Source: Octopus sinensis (taxonomy: Eukaryota). Taken from it: a stretch of 64,000 bases of DNA. Positions 27,196 to 40,333 of this stretch are shown piece by piece (position 1 is the first letter of the stretch; every line of letters starts with the position of its first letter). Location of the stretch: positions 24,304,001 through 24,368,000 of the forward strand of contig NC_043009.1 of the NCBI RefSeq assembly GCF_006345805.1. Reading direction: 5' to 3'. The notes beneath the pieces are model-generated. The model had not been told where the DNA came from, did no database searches, and saw only the letters and a program-made list of their open reading frames with translations. Both the position numbers and the translations under genes were made by a program.

Positions 27196-27583
27196 CGAGC
27201 AAAACGCCCCACCCCGCGTCCAATGGACGATGCTGAGTTGTCAACATTTAAACCAAATTTTCTCAAAAACAACTTGTCCGACCGTCCCAATTTGTAGCAT
27301 TATTTCAAGCCAGCCGGCCTTTTTTGCGCAAATTGCACGTGCAGTTTTTTCGCGTACCCGTAGTATCGATCGCAACAGCTGATGTACTTGCGCGTACAAA
27401 TGCACGTTCCCACGGCTTTATCGATCCCATTCTCACATGGAATCGAGTTTAGTAATTTTTTCAAGACTTATACACGCCCTGATGCCGTCGGTATCTACAT
27501 ATCATATCTGAGCGCAATCGGGTGGAGGATGCCCGATAGCGTAGAAGACACGCAGACAGACAGTACGGATTTTATATAATAGA
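27196..27583 (-). mobile_element. Non-autonomous Helitron-like element
   Basis: Minus strand starts A|TCTATTATATAAAA, has a subterminal hairpin CGTCCATTGGACG and ends CTCG|T (degenerate CTAG). Confidence 0.65.
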
Positions 27584-27794
27584 TGCACACACATATATAC
27601 ATACAAAAATACTCATATTAGGACTTGAACGTAATGTATATACAACTAACCGCTGCCACAGCATGGCCGCACTCTAATGACTGAAACAAGAAAAAGAAAC
27701 ATAATACATATATATATTTATATTTATATAGACACACACACACACATATATATATATATTTATATATACACACACTTAGGGACATACACACATT

Positions 27795-28182
27795 CTTTTC
27801 TACTTTAAGCACAAGGCCCGAGATTTTTGGGGAGGGGGACAGTCGATTAGATCGCCCCGAAATGGTACTTAATTTATCACACCAGAAAAGATGAAAGCGA
27901 AGTCGACCTTGGCGGAATTCGAGCTCAGAACGTAAAGACAGACAAAATACCTATTTCTTTACTACCCACAAGTGGTTAAACACAGAGAGAACAAACAAGG
28001 ACAGACAAACGGACTAAGTCGATTATATCGACTCCAGTGCGTAACTGGTACTTATTTAATCGACCCCGAAAGGATGAAAGGCAAAGTCGACCTCGGTGGA
28101 ATTTGAACTCAGAACGTAGCGGCAGACGAAATACCGCAGAGCATTCCGCCCGGCGTGCTAACGTTTCTGCAAGTTCGCCGCC
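27795..28182 (-). mobile_element. Two adjacent Nin-type SINEs with different 3' tails
   Basis: Both have GATGAAAG..AAGTCGACCT.GG.GGAATT.GA.CTCAGAACGTA; tails differ. Confidence 0.85.
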
Positions 28183-28209
28183 TCATACATACATACATAC
28201 ATACATACA

Positions 28210-28242
<33 letters not shown>

Positions 28243-28243
28243 G

Positions 28244-28277
<34 letters not shown>

Positions 28278-28423
28278 CATACGTATATTACAGATTAATA
28301 AATTGAAAATCTGCATTGCACCGCTGTCCTCTGGTCTTCAACATCCAGTGTTATGAGAATGCATATCAATCCCTCACTCACACATTCACGGAATATATAC
28401 ACATACATACATACATACATACA

Positions 28424-28455
<32 letters not shown>

Positions 28456-29145
28456 ATATATATATATATATATATAATATTATAATATCTATATATTATA
28501 TATATATATACATGTGTGTATGAGTATGCTCGCGCTTGTTTGTGTATGTACATGGCTGAGTACGAGCGTATGTGTAGATGCGTGTGTATGTATATGCCTG
28601 TACGTGTTCATGTACGTGTGTGTGTTTGTACGTATGTCTTCAGGAATGTATGCATATATGCCGTCTCCAGGTGAAACAATAATACATCAAAAATACGAAG
28701 CGACTAGAATTCATTGAAATTTTTCGCGATCTACAAAACCTCGATATTCTATTCTACATTACCACCGACCGGAATGGCTCATGCTAAATCCGTGACTCAC
28801 TTTATTTCTGCATTATTATAAGATATGGATTTCTTACAAACATACAGTGGAGTAGATTTAGATTTACAGTGAAGGAAAAAATAGCTTCGTATAGTAGTAT
28901 TGATTTTCTGTGGCAATGGATTTAACAACGTAAGTAATTTAGCAACGCAAGTAAAATGCAATAAATAAAGCTACTGGCATGAGACATTGGTCGATTCACG
29001 AAGACTACTGTTAAACTTACCTGGTTTACTTCACCTAACATCTGGGAATATGTAAGCGATAATATGCGCCGGTTACTAGCAGTATAGTAGCATCATGCCT
29101 AAGATATCAGTATATATGCATACATACATACATATATATATTATA

Positions 29146-29193
<48 letters not shown>

Positions 29194-29347
29194 TATTATT
29201 TATATATATATGATATCTAATATATAATATATATATATATATATGTATGTATGTATAGCTGTGTCAGTGTGAGCGTGTGAGCGTTTATATATGTATGTAT
29301 GTATATTTACATACATGCATTCTCTCTCTCTCACACACACACGCACT

Positions 29348-29408
<61 letters not shown>

Positions 29409-30392
29409 TAAATGTGTGTGTTTGTGTGGATGTATGTATATCACTAATCTTGTAACTAGAAACTAGTGCTAAGCATTGGCCGTTAAAATCTCCTTAAGAC
29501 TAATAGTAACATTTACGGTGTATTTACTTCAAAAATAAAATAGATATATTCACAAATGAAGTCAGGTGAGTTTACGAGTGATTCACTTTAAAATCCATTG
29601 CGGAAATACTTAGTAGGAGCAAGTAGATTTGTAAGGCTGTCGGACAATATGTCTTGAGGTATTTGTTGTGGCTTGTTACTTCCTTGAGTTCAAATCTCGT
29701 CGGAGTCAGCTTTGCCTTTATCATTTCTAGGGCTGATAACATAAAGTTAATGTCAGGTAATTGGGATGATATAACAGTGCAATAATATCTTCCCTCAACT
29801 AGAAGCCTTTCCCCAACTCACTTGTGCCTATATTGGCTATGTTTAAGTGCGGTGATAGGTAGTGCCCCGGGCAAAATGCTTAGTAATATTTTTCTGGCGT
29901 ACAAAATAAAGAACAAATCAAGTTCTGGTTTTGAAGTATTCTAGTACCTGTCATCACACAAATTGTTGGCTGTTCACAAAATTGGTGAGCACGCCGGACA
30001 ATATGCTTAGCAGCATTTTGACCGTTCTTGCGTTCTGAGTTCAAACTCCACTTACGTCTACTGTGCTCTTCATTCTTTCGGGGTCGATAAAACAAGTACC
30101 ATTTGAACACAGGGGTTCGTGAAAATGACATTCCTCCCCAAAACTTGCTTGGTTTGTGCCAAAATTTGAAACTGATATTTGCTGATCTTAAGCCAAAAAT
30201 TGGAACTCATTATTATTATTATTATTATATTATTATTATTATTATTATTATTATTTATTATTATTATTGTTATTATTATTATTATTATTATTATTAAAAT
30301 GTGATGAATTAATAGAATAGGGAGAGTCTCGAAAAGTGCCTTCTCATTACGTTCTCAGTTGAGATCTCGAGGACAAACTTGCTTTTCATCCT

Positions 30393-30611
30393 TATTTCTT
30401 TATTGCCCACAAGGGGCTGAACGTAGAGGGGACAAACAAGGACAGACAAAAGAATTAAGTCGATTACATCGACCCCAGTACGTAACTGGTGCTTAATTTA
30501 TCGACCCCAAAAGAATGAAAGGCAAAGTCGACCCCAGCGGAATTTGAACCCAGACGAAATACTGCTAAGCATTTTGTCCGGCATGCTAACGTTTCTGCCA
30601 GCTCGCTGCCT
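30393..30611 (-). mobile_element. Nin-type SINE with Tx1-like tail
   Basis: Head to tail present; tail ends GGGCAATAAAGAAATA. Confidence 0.85.
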
Positions 30612-30806
30612 TTTTACCCTTATCACGTCAAAGTAAAAGTACCAGTCAAATACTAATCCCACCCCCTCAACATTAAATTAGAATTTAGAACCAATTATTA
30701 TTATCAGTGAGCTATCAGAATCTTTAGAGCCTCAGAGAAAATACCTTGTGATATTCCTTATGTTTCGTAACATTCTATATTCAATACTGCCGGGGTCAAT
30801 TTTCCT

Positions 30807-30910
<104 letters not shown>

Positions 30911-32189
30911 CATCAATTCTTGTGGAATTTATATTTCTAGTATTTTCTTATTATTCATTGGTAATCTAGGTTTAAAACAGTTTCTGCAATAATATTCCAT
31001 TATTCTGCAGAAATAGTAATGATTGTCAATAGGCATCTGATGAAGGATCACCTTAATGCCCGTCTGTTTGCGGCATATATTTGTTTCTCTGGTATATTTC
31101 TTTGTGCTTTGTCTATTTCTAATATCACTTGCAATATTATTTCTCAATTACACACACATACCTAAACATATACATGTATATACATATACACACGCACACA
31201 CATATGCACACAAACATATGCACACACATGTATATATATATTAGATATATGTATATATGTATATATATATATATATGACGTATGATATTCAGATACTCTT
31301 GATAAAGTAGTCTTTTAAATCACCAAATCACAGAGAAAACTCTAATAAAATTGGGTCAACTTTCACGCATTTTATCGAACTACGAACCACATAAAAGATT
31401 AAATCACATTGAAATCATGTCTTGAAAGCGTATCAAGTTATAAAACAAATAAGAATAAAAATATACAAAAATAAATAAAAATAATAAAATTACGCGTTGA
31501 TGTACGTATATATTTTTTCTATTTTCGTCCAAAGAAAAAAATGTCTTCATAAAAATGCCAAAAAAAAAAGAGGAAAATGTAAAGAAGGAAAGAATGAAAT
31601 ATTTTATGCGCACAAAGTATAGTTATTTACAGAAAAAATATATTCCATTCAGACAGAACACTTTATGCAGACAAAATCGTTTTATTTTGTGTTAATTTTT
31701 TTTTTTACTGATCAAATAAAACTTTATACAGACAAACTGCTTTTTCTCTTTGGATAAAAAAACCTCTGTTTCTGTTATGTATTGTTTCATATGTATGTAA
31801 CCATAATAAAACTGTAATATTACAGCAAAGAAAAAAATTATAATAAATCTGCCGAATATTGATTTTTTTTCTAAAGAGACATCGTATTAGTTATTATATA
31901 TAAGGAGTAGTGTCTATGGATTTGAGTTTGGTATACAGCTGGTACTTTTGCTAGCGTCGACACCGAGGTTGGGTTGGAAGTAAAACAATGTCTGCTTTTT
32001 TATGTATTTTAAGATTGTGTTCTATATAAAGGTTTAAGAGAAAACAGTTATATAAAAAGTACAACGCAGTTTGTCTGGCATGTGGTATCTGTCTTAGTAA
32101 AACACCCAGAAAAATTTCACTAACTTTTCGACTTATTTTTTTATCGAGAGAGCGACTGTGAGAAAGAGAAAGAGAAAAAGAAATATCGC

Positions 32190-32295
32190 TTGCTGCCTAA
32201 CCACGGCAACTTGGGCAAGTGTCTTCTACTATAGCCTCGGGACGACCAAAGCCATGAGAGAGGATTTGGTAGACGGAAACTGAAAGATGCTCGTC

Positions 32296-32369
<74 letters not shown>

Positions 32370-32587
32370 TATAAATGTGTGTGTGTGTCTGTATGTGTCT
32401 GTATCTGTGTTTGTTCCCCCACTATCGCTTGACAACCAGTGCTTGTGTGTCCTGAAAAATGACCTGTTCGGCAAATGAGACTGATAGAATAAGTACTAGG
32501 CTTACAAAGAAGTCCTGGGGGTCAATTTGTTCGACTGAAGGCGGTGCTCCAGCATGGGCTGTACTGAAATGACCGGAGCAAGAAAAA
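32190..32587 (+). mobile_element. 5'-truncated CORE-type SINE with internal (TA)n(TG)n
   Basis: CTTGGGCAAGTGTCTTCTACTATAGCC...GGCGGTGCTCCAGCATGG. Confidence 0.85.
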
Positions 32588-33269
32588 ATGATATATATAA
32601 CATATACATATACATCTATATTAGTGTATATATATATATATCAATATATATATATATATTATATATATATATACTAAAGTAAACGCGAAATATTTAATGG
32701 TTTCAAATGGCCAGAAATTTCGGGGGTAAAGTTAAGAGGATTACTTCGACTCCAGTACTCAACTGGTATTTATTCTCTCGGAAGTGATGAAATGTAAAGT
32801 CAGCCTCGGTGAAATTTCAAATCAGAATGTAAGGACGGACAAAATGCCTCTAAGCATTTTGTTCGGCGTGCTAACGGTGTCTAGGTGTCTGAAATAAATA
32901 TTTGTTAAGCAAACTTAACTCTTTTGGAAAATATGAATATAAACAATGTTTATGTAATAACTATTTTGATCATGATCGAATGAATACTACGGAAAAGGCT
33001 TGGAAGAATTGACCTCCATGAGAAAGAAACGATTTGATGATATGGTCCTATATATTCGTAGGAGAAGTGAGACATGCTAATAAAAAATAAAAAGAATCCG
33101 TAAAAACGACAGATTTTGTGTGTCAATGGATGAGCTGTTTTTCGAAGTTGGATTTATGGATTTGGTATATTCGTATATTTGCCTGGTTAAGAAATAAAAA
33201 CATTAATGGAAGTATAATGCTTCATAATTGTAGATTAATGATAAACAAGATTTGTATATTACATACAGA

Positions 33270-33643
33270 GTGGAGGCGCAATGGCCCAGTGGTTAGGGAA
33301 GCGGACTCGCGGTCGTAGCATCGCGGTTTCGATTCCCAGATCGAGTTTTGTGAGTGGTTACTGAGAGAAAAAAACCTAAAGCTCCACGAGGCTCCGGCAG
33401 AGGGTGGTGGTGAACACTGCTGTACTCTTTCACCACAACTTTCTTCCATTCTTCCTTCCTGTTTCTGTTGTACTTGTATTTCGAAGGGCCTGCCTTGTTA
33501 TACTCTGTGTCATGCTGAATCTCCCCGAGAACTACGTTAACGGGGGTACACGTGACTGTAGAGTGCATGTTAATTTCACGAGCAGGCTGTTCCGTTGATC
33601 GGATCAACTGTAACCACGTCGTCATAACCGATGGAGTGCCACC
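33270..33643 (+). mobile_element. tRNA-derived SINE
   Basis: TGGCCCAGTGGTTAGG A box, GTTTCGATTCCC B box; body shared with 35560 copy, tail with 37836 copy. Confidence 0.85.
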
Positions 33644-33670
33644 ATACACACACACACACACACACAGAAT

Positions 33671-33704
<34 letters not shown>

Positions 33705-33754
33705 ATATATATATATATATACATATATCATATACACATATATATTAATATTCC

Positions 33755-34152
33755 TTTCTATTATAGGCAAAAGGCCTAAAATTTTGTGAAAGAGAGTTGA
33801 TGTAATCGACTCTAGTGCTCCACTGGTACTTATTCTATAAACCCTATAAGGATGAAAAGGAAAGACGATTTCGGCGAATTTAAACTCAGAAGGTAAAACC
33901 TAACGAAATGTTGCTAAGCATTTTTTCCAACGTGCTAACGATTCTGCCAGCTCGCCGATTTAGATTGAAATTTCCAGGAAGATGTTAACTGGATTACATC
34001 GGTCTCTGTGCATATCTGGTACTTGTATCATCGATACCAAAATGTTGAAAGGCTAAGTGGGCCTCGGTGGAATTTGAACTCAGAACGTAAAGATGGACGA
34101 AATGCCGCTAAACATTTTGCCCGGCGTGCTAACAATTCTGCCGGCTCGTCGA
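33755..34152 (-). mobile_element. Two tandem Nin-type SINE copies
   Basis: CGTGCTAAC.ATTCTGCC.GCTCG.CG ends at ~33957 and ~34151. Confidence 0.8.
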
Positions 34153-34317
34153 CTTTTATACATTTATACTAATAATAATTGCAGTTTGGCTGAAGACTAG
34201 ACTGTTCTCTGCATCGTTACGTTTCAACTATGAAACTTACCAATGCATGAAACTATCGCCTCTTCCATCACTTTGTAACACCTGCCGTTTAGTTATGGTG
34301 CACCATATTTATATATA

Positions 34318-34812
34318 CAATAATCACTCGACTATCGCGTGTGTTACGTTCCAACACCCTCCGTGATAGGTGAAAATCCGCGAAGTAGAAACAGTACCGT
34401 ACTGTATATATATTTTTGTTATTTTTATAATTTGTATATATTTATTTTATTATAAATGCAAAACAACACTACACACTCGCCTCTCCACTTTCATTTTTTA
34501 TACAGTATGTACGATTCCTTGTTTACACATCTATGGTACACTATGTATTTTCTTTTAATATACTTTTAATATACTTTTATTACAGTGCAGTACTGTACTC
34601 TATTTCTATTTATTAGTTTAATTTTTGGACGTGAAAATGCTTATTTTGCCACAGAAATAATTAAAATCTATAAAAAATCTATATACCTATCGGCCGCAGA
34701 AACTGGTGACACACTGAGGAGTCCGCATTACAAATATACATATATTAGCCAGAATAATCCGCGATGTACTGAATGCTGGATGGGTGAAGCGCGATATGGC
34801 GAGTGATTACTG
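34318..34812 (+). mobile_element. pogo/Tigger-like (Tc1/mariner superfamily) MITE
   Basis: TA|CAATAATCACTCG...CGAGTGATTACTG|TA: TIRs with TA TSD, no ORF; second copy at 26692. Confidence 0.85.
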
Positions 34813-34878
34813 TACATTCATGATCTGAGTCTTATTTTCCGGCTTGCATCACCAATCCTATGTAGCGCGCGCGTATGT

Positions 34879-34925
<47 letters not shown>

Positions 34926-35559
34926 GGGGTGGGAGCTTAGTTTTATGGGAACCTTTCACTCTAAAGATATTTGAAAGTTTACGTATTTTATTGCATCTTT
35001 GTATGTATACTTTTTATATTCCTACCCGAATGTCATACCTCCTTCACTAACTAATCTCTTTATCTTTCAAACACTAAATATTCATGAAGTAGCTCTATTG
35101 TTCTCTAAGATATATATATACACAGAGTATATTAATTAACTATAAAATGGCACTCATTTCCATATTGTAGATAATAACGTTTAATGGTATTTTACAACGA
35201 AATTCCTTGTGTATACATCTCTTTCCCCCCTCTCTCTCTATTTTTTTCTCTATTTCTTTCTCTTCTCACGTTTCTCTTTTTCTCTGACCCGATATCTACC
35301 TAAACATGTTTCTCTGCAGTTGTCATGATAATAATAATAGTAGATGCATTCATTCTAACCTTTTTTACCACAGTCATTTTTTTTTCACAAATTCACTGGG
35401 AGGTAGCTCTTTCGTCTCCTTCCTCGCTTTTCTCTTCAAGTAGAAAAGTCGTATATCAGCGAAAACGCAGCATTAATATCCGCAGGTGAAAATTTATCAC
35501 CACTTAAACGTGGATGTTTTATTAGCACAAACTATACTGTGGTACATGTTTTTGTTTGA

Positions 35560-35812
35560 TCCTTCTCAAGCCATGTCTGGCTCATAAGGGCCGGTTTCCC
35601 GGTTTCCTTAGCGTATAGGTTTCCCACCTAGACGGGACGCCGGTCCGTTGCAGGTGAGGTGCAAGATGCAGGAGGAAAGAGTGAGAGAAAGTTGTGGCGA
35701 AAGAGTCAGCAGAAGTTCGTCATTACCTTCTGACGGAGCCGCGTAGAGCTTATGTGTTTCGCTCATAAACACATACATCGCTCGGTCTAACCACTAGGCC
35801 ATGTGTCTCCAC
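35560..35812 (-). mobile_element. tRNA-derived SINE (internally deleted head)
   Basis: CTAACCACTAGGCCATG head; body like 33270 copy. Confidence 0.75.
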
Positions 35813-36181
35813 ATGTATGCACCTCCATACTGTGGTACATACCATGAGACAAACTCTCATATAGGCTTTTGTTGCAAAATGCCCTCTTGTTTATATTACT
35901 AGCGGGGTGATAAATCCCGACCACTTCAAGCATTGAGACTACCAGACCACGTAATTTCGATCTTCCTAGGTGTTATCAACGATGGATTCTCGACCGCTAG
36001 AGATAACTGCGACTCATCTCCACGAGGGTAACTTGAATGTTATTTCTAGGAGGTCGCACGTCTGCGCGAAGGTATCCTTCGCTGGCTCTTTCCTTGGTAC
36101 TATGTTTTATATTGTCGATCCTATCGTTGTTTGCATCATCATCATCATCATCTTCGTCGTCGTCGTCTTCATCATCATCGA

Positions 36182-36238
<57 letters not shown>

Positions 36239-37835
36239 TACTGTCATTATGTCCTTTGCCAACGAAATAATTATGCTGTCCATCCACCCCTACTGCCACC
36301 ACACAATACCCACCAATATTGCCAATGGATACCCATCATCATGATCCTCCTGATCATCATCCTTAACAATCGCCGTTATGATGAACGCGATGGTAGTGGT
36401 GGTGGTCGTCGTTAACGTGGCCGAGTTCGACGCCGTCACCGTCGCCGTCGTCGTCATGGTCAAGAGAGTCAAAGACAAGTAAAGAGACCAACCGTCAATG
36501 TCATTGTTGATAATTGGATTTGTCGTCCGAAAGGTTTCATTTTGTTGTTGACGGCGATATTTTTCATCGGTGGTGGCGACGACGTTGCTAGTGACGGTGA
36601 TGTTGTTGTTGTTGTTGCTGTAGTTATTGATACTATTGTTGTTGTTGATGTTGTTTATAGTGATTCGGTCTCAGTTGTGATAATATTCGTTTTGTTATTG
36701 AATTTTCTTCCGTCTTCTTTTCGTTTTGATTCTTTATTTTCAATGTTTTGTTTTCCACAATTAAGACGTCGTCTGCCGCTCTAAATTCGAAACTAGTACA
36801 CTGTACTGCTGGTTCTACACACTTTTCCCCCTCATTTCATCCCCATCTCCTGTTTGTTTCCTTCTCAATTTTCATCTGTCTCTTACGTTTCTACATACCT
36901 AACTCTCTCTTCTTTTCTTTTTCTCTTTTTCCTTCCATCAACCGAACATCTTCCGACAACAAATACCTAATACCATTGAAATTTGCCAAACGACACTAGT
37001 CTACAACTCAGCAAAGAAACTTGATGGTAATTTGAACTGCTACACATAATTCTATCCATTTAACACTCTCATGGTGAATTATGGAAAACTGCCAACGTTC
37101 TTATATGAAATCAAAGTAAACCGTTTTCTTTATTTGTTTCATTTTATTTTTGATTGCGGTAACGACTTTGAAATAAACAGAACTCATATTTTTGCTTTTT
37201 ATTCTTTACAGTTCCATAAGCTGATTTAGACAAATCATATAATGATTTCTATTAACTAAACGCAGACATCTTTATAGCCGGAATGTTTCTTAGTTTTCTA
37301 CGTAGAATATGAAGTAAAATATCGTACCAGGCTCAAAATTCGCTTCTGATTCTTTGATTGTCTGAATTCACCAACAGCTTAGTTGTCGCGAATTTTGATG
37401 TGAAAGTCCCTTACATCAAAACTGTGATTTTTATTTTCCATAGTCTCTCAAGATGACAACACTAAATCATTCTATTGTCATAAGCCAAACACAAATCTTG
37501 TTTTCAAATGCAAAAAGCCAAGCACAATATTGCTTGATACAAAACGAGGAGGCATCGAATTTAGAGAATTATAAAATGGATCAAAGCTACGGCTAGACAC
37601 TTTCAATGCGTATGAATAAGAAACGCCGATGATATATTTGGAAAGAATTTGCATAAATTCAGTAGAGAATCTATAAATATCGTTTCTGTTAAGCTGATGC
37701 ACGATGACCGCAACAAACAGCAGCCAAATATGGTTTAATGAGGAGAATGGCGCATAGGAAAATAGCTGAGCAAAATATTTGAAAAGCCGAGGTTGAAGCT
37801 CCCTTGAACGTATGTCTAGTTACCAAAGAAAAAAG

Positions 37836-38151
37836 GAGCACTCTGTCAGTTACGACGACGAGGGTCTCAGCTGATACGATCAACGGAACAGCTTGCTCGT
37901 GAAATTAACGTGTAAATGGCTGAGCAATCCACGGGCACGTGTACCCCTAACGTAGTTCTCAGGGAGATTCAGCATGACATAGAATGACAAGGCTGGCCCT
38001 TCGAGGTACAACTTATATTTGCCAGCTGAGTGGACTAGAGCAACGTGAAATAAAGTGTCTTGCTCAAGGACACAGCGCGTCGCCGGGAATTGAACTCACG
38101 ACCTTACAATCGTGAGACGAATGCCCTAACCACTAGGTCACGCGCCTTCAC
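37836..38151 (-). mobile_element. tRNA-derived CORE-like SINE
   Basis: GGGAATTGAACTC and CCCTAACCACTAGG boxes; AAGTGTCTTGCTCAAGGACAC. Confidence 0.85.
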
Positions 38152-38541
38152 TTTTAATGAGGAACGATCTAGGATTAAACAAAATAAAATACAATGTAGT
38201 ATATGTAAATTAAATACATATTAAATGCTTCACTACATTTCACAGCATAAATAATACTTAGTCTATATTCCTCGAAAATTCCCTCAGTGGTATTAGGAGA
38301 TTTGCATGAATTCTTTAGGCTTATTCATAAAAGTTTTATGAAGTATTTTGGTGTCACATCATTTGTGTAGACTTTGTTCACAAGATATTAGGCCTCATTA
38401 CGGAGGTTGGGTATTTAACATGCCCCATTTCTATTTTGAGATAAGCAGGCATCAACGTTGGCTTGGTTTCAAGAGAAAGTTTTGCTTCAGTTTTTATACG
38501 TTTCTCTTTTTATTTCTCTTAACTATTCCATCAGGTAATGA

Positions 38542-38582
<41 letters not shown>

Positions 38583-39284
38583 GGAGAGAGAGAAGAGGGG
38601 GGAGTTTATGCTAGGACTCTAATTAGCTGCGGTTTTTGTTCATCCAAGTTCCGTCTGTGATTGGATAGACATAATACGAAATAAATTCCAGCTATGACCA
38701 TTTGCCTATTTGTGAATCTATGATTAAATTGTCCAAAGACAATTTTATTCATTATCACAATGCGACATAAATTTACGGGGCCGGGGGGGGGTAGGAAGGG
38801 AGAGTTTACCGTGAGAAAATATCTACGATAACTGCGTAAAGGTCCACTAGTTATTATGCGCAGAAATTAATGAAGAATTGTAGAATGAGTTTGCATTTAA
38901 GAGCTGTTTCATAGTATGATATCTGGTGAACGCTGTGCGGTTAAATTTTTATTTTCCTGTCCGTATAATGGCTTTAAATGTTGGTGCAAGTGCAGCAGTT
39001 TTTTTATGTGAGAGGCAAGTCGATTATACTAAACACCAGTAAGGAAGTGGTGTTTACTTTATCAGCACCGAAAGCATGCAAGGGAAAATCGACCAAGGTG
39101 GAATTCAAACTCAGAACATAAAGACAGACGAAATGCCGATAAGCATTCCGCCACGCCTGGTAACAATACTGCCACCTTGTCCTCGTAATATACATGTATG
39201 TACATATACATATATATACATATATATAAATACATACATACACACACACACATATACGCACATATATTTATATACTAAATACCA

Positions 39285-39470
39285 TGATCGACCGCTAGTT
39301 CCAAAAGTGTTTTCTATTCTCTCTGTGTTTATTTCCTTGTGTTCCTTTCTGTTGAAGAGCGTAGGCTCGAAATGTAAAATACTTTCTTACCTTCCCGAGC
39401 GTTAGACTAATACACCTGTTTGTTTTTTATACACCTGTCTTCGTCTTTGGTTTTTCTGTAAATTTCAACT
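39285..39470 (+). mobile_element. Probable Penelope-like element terminal-repeat remnant with degenerate minimal hammerhead motif
   Basis: CTTT-CTGTTGA-A-GAGC-GTAG-GCTC-GAAA-TG-TA-AAAT at 39345-39380, flanked by TA-rich repeats. Confidence 0.45.
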
Positions 39471-39518
39471 ACATATATATATGTATGTATATATATATAT
39501 GAATATATGAATCTCTCT

Positions 39519-39610
<92 letters not shown>

Positions 39611-40233
39611 ATGAGTGTGTGTTTGTGCGTGTACACGGGTGTGCATGCGTGCGTGTTTGTGTGCGTGCGTGTCTGTCTGTTTGTGTGTGTCAGTGGGTAC
39701 GTGCGTCTGTTTTTATCTGTGATTGTCCTTCCACCACAATTTAACTACCAGTTCTGGCTTCTTTACGGTTTCGTAGCCTTGCAGTCCGGTAAAAGAACGG
39801 ATAGAATAAGTACTAGATTTTGCAATACAACAATTAGGATCGATGTCACTGACTAAAACCCTCCAAGGCCGCACCCTAGCATGGCTACAGTCCAATGGCT
39901 GAACCAAGCAAAAGATAAAAGAAAAGTCGAAAGTGGCGGCACAGCATAGTTATGAAAAACGAAAGAAAGAAACGAGAAAGAAGAATAACAACGCCATCGC
40001 TACGAAATTCTATTGCAACAATAACCATATTAACGCACAATAAACCGCTAAACACAACCACCAAAAACAATGAGAGAACAACAAAAACAGTAGTGTAAAA
40101 ACTGTAACGACAGTAACAAAATAAAAGTTTATTAAACGAAGGCATAAAAAACAAAACCTAACAAACAAAAAAGAAAACAAAATCGAACAGAATATACACA
40201 CAAAAATTATAAAAATAACACAGTGAATGAGTA

Positions 40234-40333
40234 NNNNNNNNNNNNNNNNNNNNNNNNNNNNNNNNNNNNNNNNNNNNNNNNNNNNNNNNNNNNNNNNNNN
40301 NNNNNNNNNNNNNNNNNNNNNNNNNNNNNNNNN
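40234..40333. other. Assembly gap (100 N)
   Basis: Direct reading. Confidence 1.
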
